The notes beneath the pieces are model-generated. The model saw nothing but the letters and a program-made list of their open reading frames with translations, was not told where the DNA came from and searched no databases. A stretch of 64,000 nucleotides of DNA from Fimbriosthenelais zetlandica (Eukaryota): the NCBI GenBank assembly GCA_977030845.1, contig OZ365113.1, positions 13,702,001 through 13,766,000 on the forward strand, in the 5' to 3' direction. The position numbers were made by a program, and so were the translations under genes. Positions 60,001 to 64,000 of this stretch are shown here, in pieces; the stretch's first letter is position 1; every line of letters starts with the position of its first letter.

Positions 60001-61364
60001 AGCGGATTAGGTCCTATTAACATCATTTTCCATCCAGTATACATGTGTTTAATCACAACTAGCAGAGAGGCCAGACCCCTTTGTTTTAATAACAGATGTT
60101 AGCTCTCCATTAGACATTGGTCAAGTTCCTAGGATTAGTCATGTGTCGTGTAGGAAGTCTTTAATGTCAATAATTCCTTGGCTAAGTTTCTTTAAAACAT
60201 TCAGTGATTTAAGGGGAAAATAACAGGAAATCTTGAAAATGGCCTTAACGCCCCAGTCTTGTCAAAATGCCAAGATGTTCTCAGCTAACTCTCAACCTTT
60301 AAAAGACACCCCCTGTGTGTGTTAAACCTGATTTCTCACACCACATCAATCTTAACTCTATCTAAACACTTCTCTTTCCTATCAGCAAGAATCAAATTCT
60401 AATCCATCATTGGTTACTTCCATTCATTTAAAGATTAAATCCATTATGATATAGTGTCCTAATAAGCTGAAATTATTCATCAGTAGAGATTGTAATTCTT
60501 ACTGGAAAATATAATGTTTTATAACCAAGCTACATGTATCCAGTCTTTGAAGTTGGGAGGTGGATATTTTTGGTTACAACGGAGGGTGCTTACATGTAAG
60601 CAGCAGGAAATGTCTTATCTTCCTTGCTGGACTTTTGCAGTCTAGCGTTAAAAATAACTGGCATTTAAAAACCTTATCGTATTGATTTGCAACAGAAATA
60701 TTTTTAAATTAATTTCTTTTCACCGGCGCTACCAAAATTTAATATTTTCTTTGTCCTAGAGATTTTGTATACCTGTCAACACTGATAAGGAAGTATATAA
60801 ATCCCTTACATGATAGACATGCTCATACATGCCATCTTTCAGCCTTTCTAACACTTACACGTTACATATAGTTAGTTGTCTGTCAGACGTAATGAATTAT
60901 GACATCTCAAGGTTGGGAAATCATATGGATTATGCCTCAGGAATCAATATCGGCGGTATTATAAGTAACGCGATATTGTAATGAACTCATTTGACTTTGG
61001 TTTATAGTCTGTTTTGTGTCATACTTCTGAATGCACCTGGGCCGTAAATCCTCTGCAAGAACTCTTGACTTTCTACTCTGTATTAGGGATTATTCGGATT
61101 AAGCTCTAAATACCAAAATTATCCACTTCTACCAAGTACCCATTGTTTCCCTCACTCAATACGTGAGTAAGATAAATCAATAGGTTATATACGTTAAAAG
61201 CTATTGTAATTTAAAGAGCTGATCATGTACTCACTCATTGGGTGGGATTTATATTAGCGGTTTTACAGTAGCACTGTGATTACCAATGAATGATACCCAT
61301 TGATCATTTTAGAGGGTGGGGGAGTTGGTTAATATGTCAAATGTCGTTCCAGTGGCTAGCTCCT

Positions 61365-61432
61365 TACAAGGGTTGAACTCGGTCACCTCTGACTTAAAGA
61401 CTGCGGGCTTTAGTGTGATTCAGTCACCATAA
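61365..61432 (-). mobile_element. Degenerate tRNA-like SINE fragment
   Basis: Minus strand reads ..GTCTTTAAGTCAGAGGTGACCGAGTTCAACCC (B-box-like); no intact cloverleaf. Confidence 0.3.
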
Positions 61433-64000
61433 ACTTATCTACCATCTAATATCATTGTTATTAACCATATTGAATTTGATTTGCAACTGCGATGAGTATC
61501 AGCCATACGCTTACATGGTGCCCCCGATGGTTATCTCCCCGTGTATGTTATACCTCCTTACAAGAGAAAGAATAACTTGTTTTACATAATACACAAATTA
61601 AAACGATTTAGACTTTGTCAGAAGCATTAAAATTAAGCATATATTATTGTTTGAAATTAAAAAATATAGGTAGCCTCTAAAGAGGATGTTTCGGCCACTT
61701 GGGTGAGTGTTTGAGTGTTAAGTTGTGGAACTGTGAAAGGTTTAAATCCAATTCCATAGTTGACTGGTCAATTGGCACCAATACGCATCAATGACTCTTT
61801 CGTCCATTGTTAAACATTATGCAAAATGTCCTATAAATATATAGAATTATATCAATTAGGAAAATTAATGTTCCAAGCTCAATCTCTCATACTATCCTCA
61901 CCACCACCCTCATATACCCATTCATTCAGCTCTCAGAAAACTGATGGCAAACTTACTATGCATACATTAACATGCCATTTCCATAAATTAGTGTGGTCTT
62001 GATAAGTTATTTTCATGTTCCTCAACAAGTCTTTATGGATAATGGTCAACTTTACTGTACCCCTGATTGAAATATATTTTATCTTGGGTTGAAGTGACTA
62101 CAGTATTAACTATTTACAATCATAAATCATGGCATCTGTAGAACCCTACAGATTAACTGTCATGTACTATGTCTATGAAAGGAGCACCTACATGTGCCTC
62201 CCCACACTCCATAACAAATACAACCTTCAAGATTGACATAAGTTTTTGTGTATAAGAACGTAACCCCTTCCCTCTCAGCCCACACTGGCTTATATTTAAG
62301 GCCGAGGATAATAGGTGTTTCCTCCCATTTTTCTTGCACCTTCCGTTGTTTTGTTAACTCCGCCCAATGGATATTTTAGTGGGTGAATTTATCCTCAATT
62401 CTAATTTCTATGACAACTATAATTCTTAGCTTTTCCTCTTTCCACTGAATGAACTATCTGATTTCCCCCTCCCACATTACACAAACTGTAAAAACATGAG
62501 GTAATTTGTGGCCTTACCCAATGCGATCTGTGTCAACACCCGAGTTAGGAAAACCTCATAGTCATACATAACTTGCTTGCTCAATAAATTTAATATTTGT
62601 GAAGGTATGGGTGTTTGATGATGGTAATATGTGACCGAGTGAACAATAGTATTTCATGTGAAGGTCTCTCCTTTTGAACACCCACACGTTCTCCTAGTGG
62701 GGATGTTTGCTGGGGCTAGGTGGGAGAGGAAGGGAATGTGAGTGAATGTTGGAATGATTGGGATGGGGACAAAAATGTGATGGTTCCAGTTGAACTTTTT
62801 TTTCATTTATTGCGGCTGAAACAACTGAAAATCAGGTCTGCTTAGTTGGAACTCGTGATTCTTGGCTGTTTTCTTTACTATCTCTTGCTTTGGCATGGCA
62901 ATGGCAGAAGTGGATCCTACCTGCATTATGAAATATTTAATGAAGATAAATTCAGAAGTTTTCTTCCATCAATGGTAATGGTTTTAATTAGAAATGTTTG
63001 TATATTGAGGTGTATTGACAGGCTTTTAGTAACGGGTGGGAGGAATCAGGAGAAGTGCCTACTGCTGTAGGAGTTTGCTTACAGGAGGAATCAGACAGCT
63101 CACATTGCTGTGTCTTGCTCCACGTAAACACCGAGTGAATGTATGGAGGCAGAACGAGTGACTCGCGAGCAGGTTATGGAGCAACCCCGCCCATCTGGGT
63201 CATACAATGACGCAGCGCCCGCGTTTTGCTGAATGTCCCCAATTCCCCCCTCCCTTTACTCTTCTTTCACTGACTTTCTCGGGACTTTCTCTCTCTCTCT
63301 GAGTCTCCCTTCCCCATCTACTAACCAGTGTAGAATGCACCATTCTGCACCTTAGCCTATCTATATATCACTACTCCATCCCTGTGCTCCCATTCTATCT
63401 TCCCTTCATTTATCTCTTATGCACCACGCCCTTCCTGCTCTTCTGTATCCCCCCTTCCCTCCTCCCTCCTACTGTACTCCCCCTGTACTCTCTACCATTA
63501 CAAAGTGGGACTTTTCCAAAAAGTAAAGAAAAACCTTTTGAGAAAGCAGCAGGGAGTTTTGGCATGCCAATGGGGATACCTGTTTTTCTCTGCACGGAGG
63601 AAACCTTGCGAGAATGTTATTATTCTTGAAACATTAGAAGTTGCATAAGAAGTCGGCCTCTAGCCTTTTGATTGATATATGGATATATGGCAGACCCCTC
63701 TCACCATCCTCCAGCCCTCCTACTCCAGATCCAGGCCTGACTAGGGCTAGATAGTCAGACCTACATTAGATCTCTGACCCTGTATCATATATATACCACC
63801 TCCAGCTTCTAGTGCAACTCCTGCACACCAAACATTTCATATATGATGGTTTGACCATCAGAACGATCATGAGTAAGCATGAAATTTATGAATATTAGAA
63901 ATATGTTCATTTGGCTAACTTTTAGTAATGGGAAGATATTTTATTTTCTCCCCAATCATGTATGAATTTGGTTCCTACTCCTAAGATCATATGGCTATAC

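Noticed and set aside
55700-64000. C16orf74-like gene (human neighbour of GINS2) or other coding exons
   Set aside because: No PxIxIT-type or other convincing exon found by eye; short coding-looking patches (~57308, ~58490, ~59620) lack splice pairs.

Overview
Eukaryotic (bilaterian invertebrate-like, AT-rich, GT-AG introns) genomic window with three intron-containing genes reconstructed by hand with consistent splice phases. (1) A GSE1 (genetic suppressor element 1; LSD1/CoREST/HDAC complex subunit) orthologue on +, 14 coding exons from 7792 to 46118 (~1260 aa; first coding exon not located). It has two very large 5' introns (12.3 and 19.3 kb) and 12 tightly packed 3' exons. (2) GINS2/Psf2 on -, 5 exons, 48540-50262, 185 aa, tail-to-tail with GSE1 as in human 16q24. 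(3) TMEM143 on +, 7 exons, 50396-53738, 524 aa, head-to-head with GINS2 across only 133 bp. The last ~9 kb has no recognisable coding exon but carries a promoter-like segment with a strong splice donor (55683). The best unexplained signals lie in GSE1 intron 2: a phase-compatible alternative first exon encoding the CtBP-binding motif PLDLS (26915-26971), and a 6-nt microexon candidate with branch point, long AG-free pyrimidine tract and UGC motif (38469-38474). Also present: nuclear-receptor half-site clusters, RFX X-boxes, MITE/SINE remnants, a 43-bp minisatellite and a 72-nt near-perfect hairpin. No prokaryotic-type systems, CRISPR arrays or intact transposases were seen. Gene identities rest on remembered similarity to the human proteins, not on a database search.
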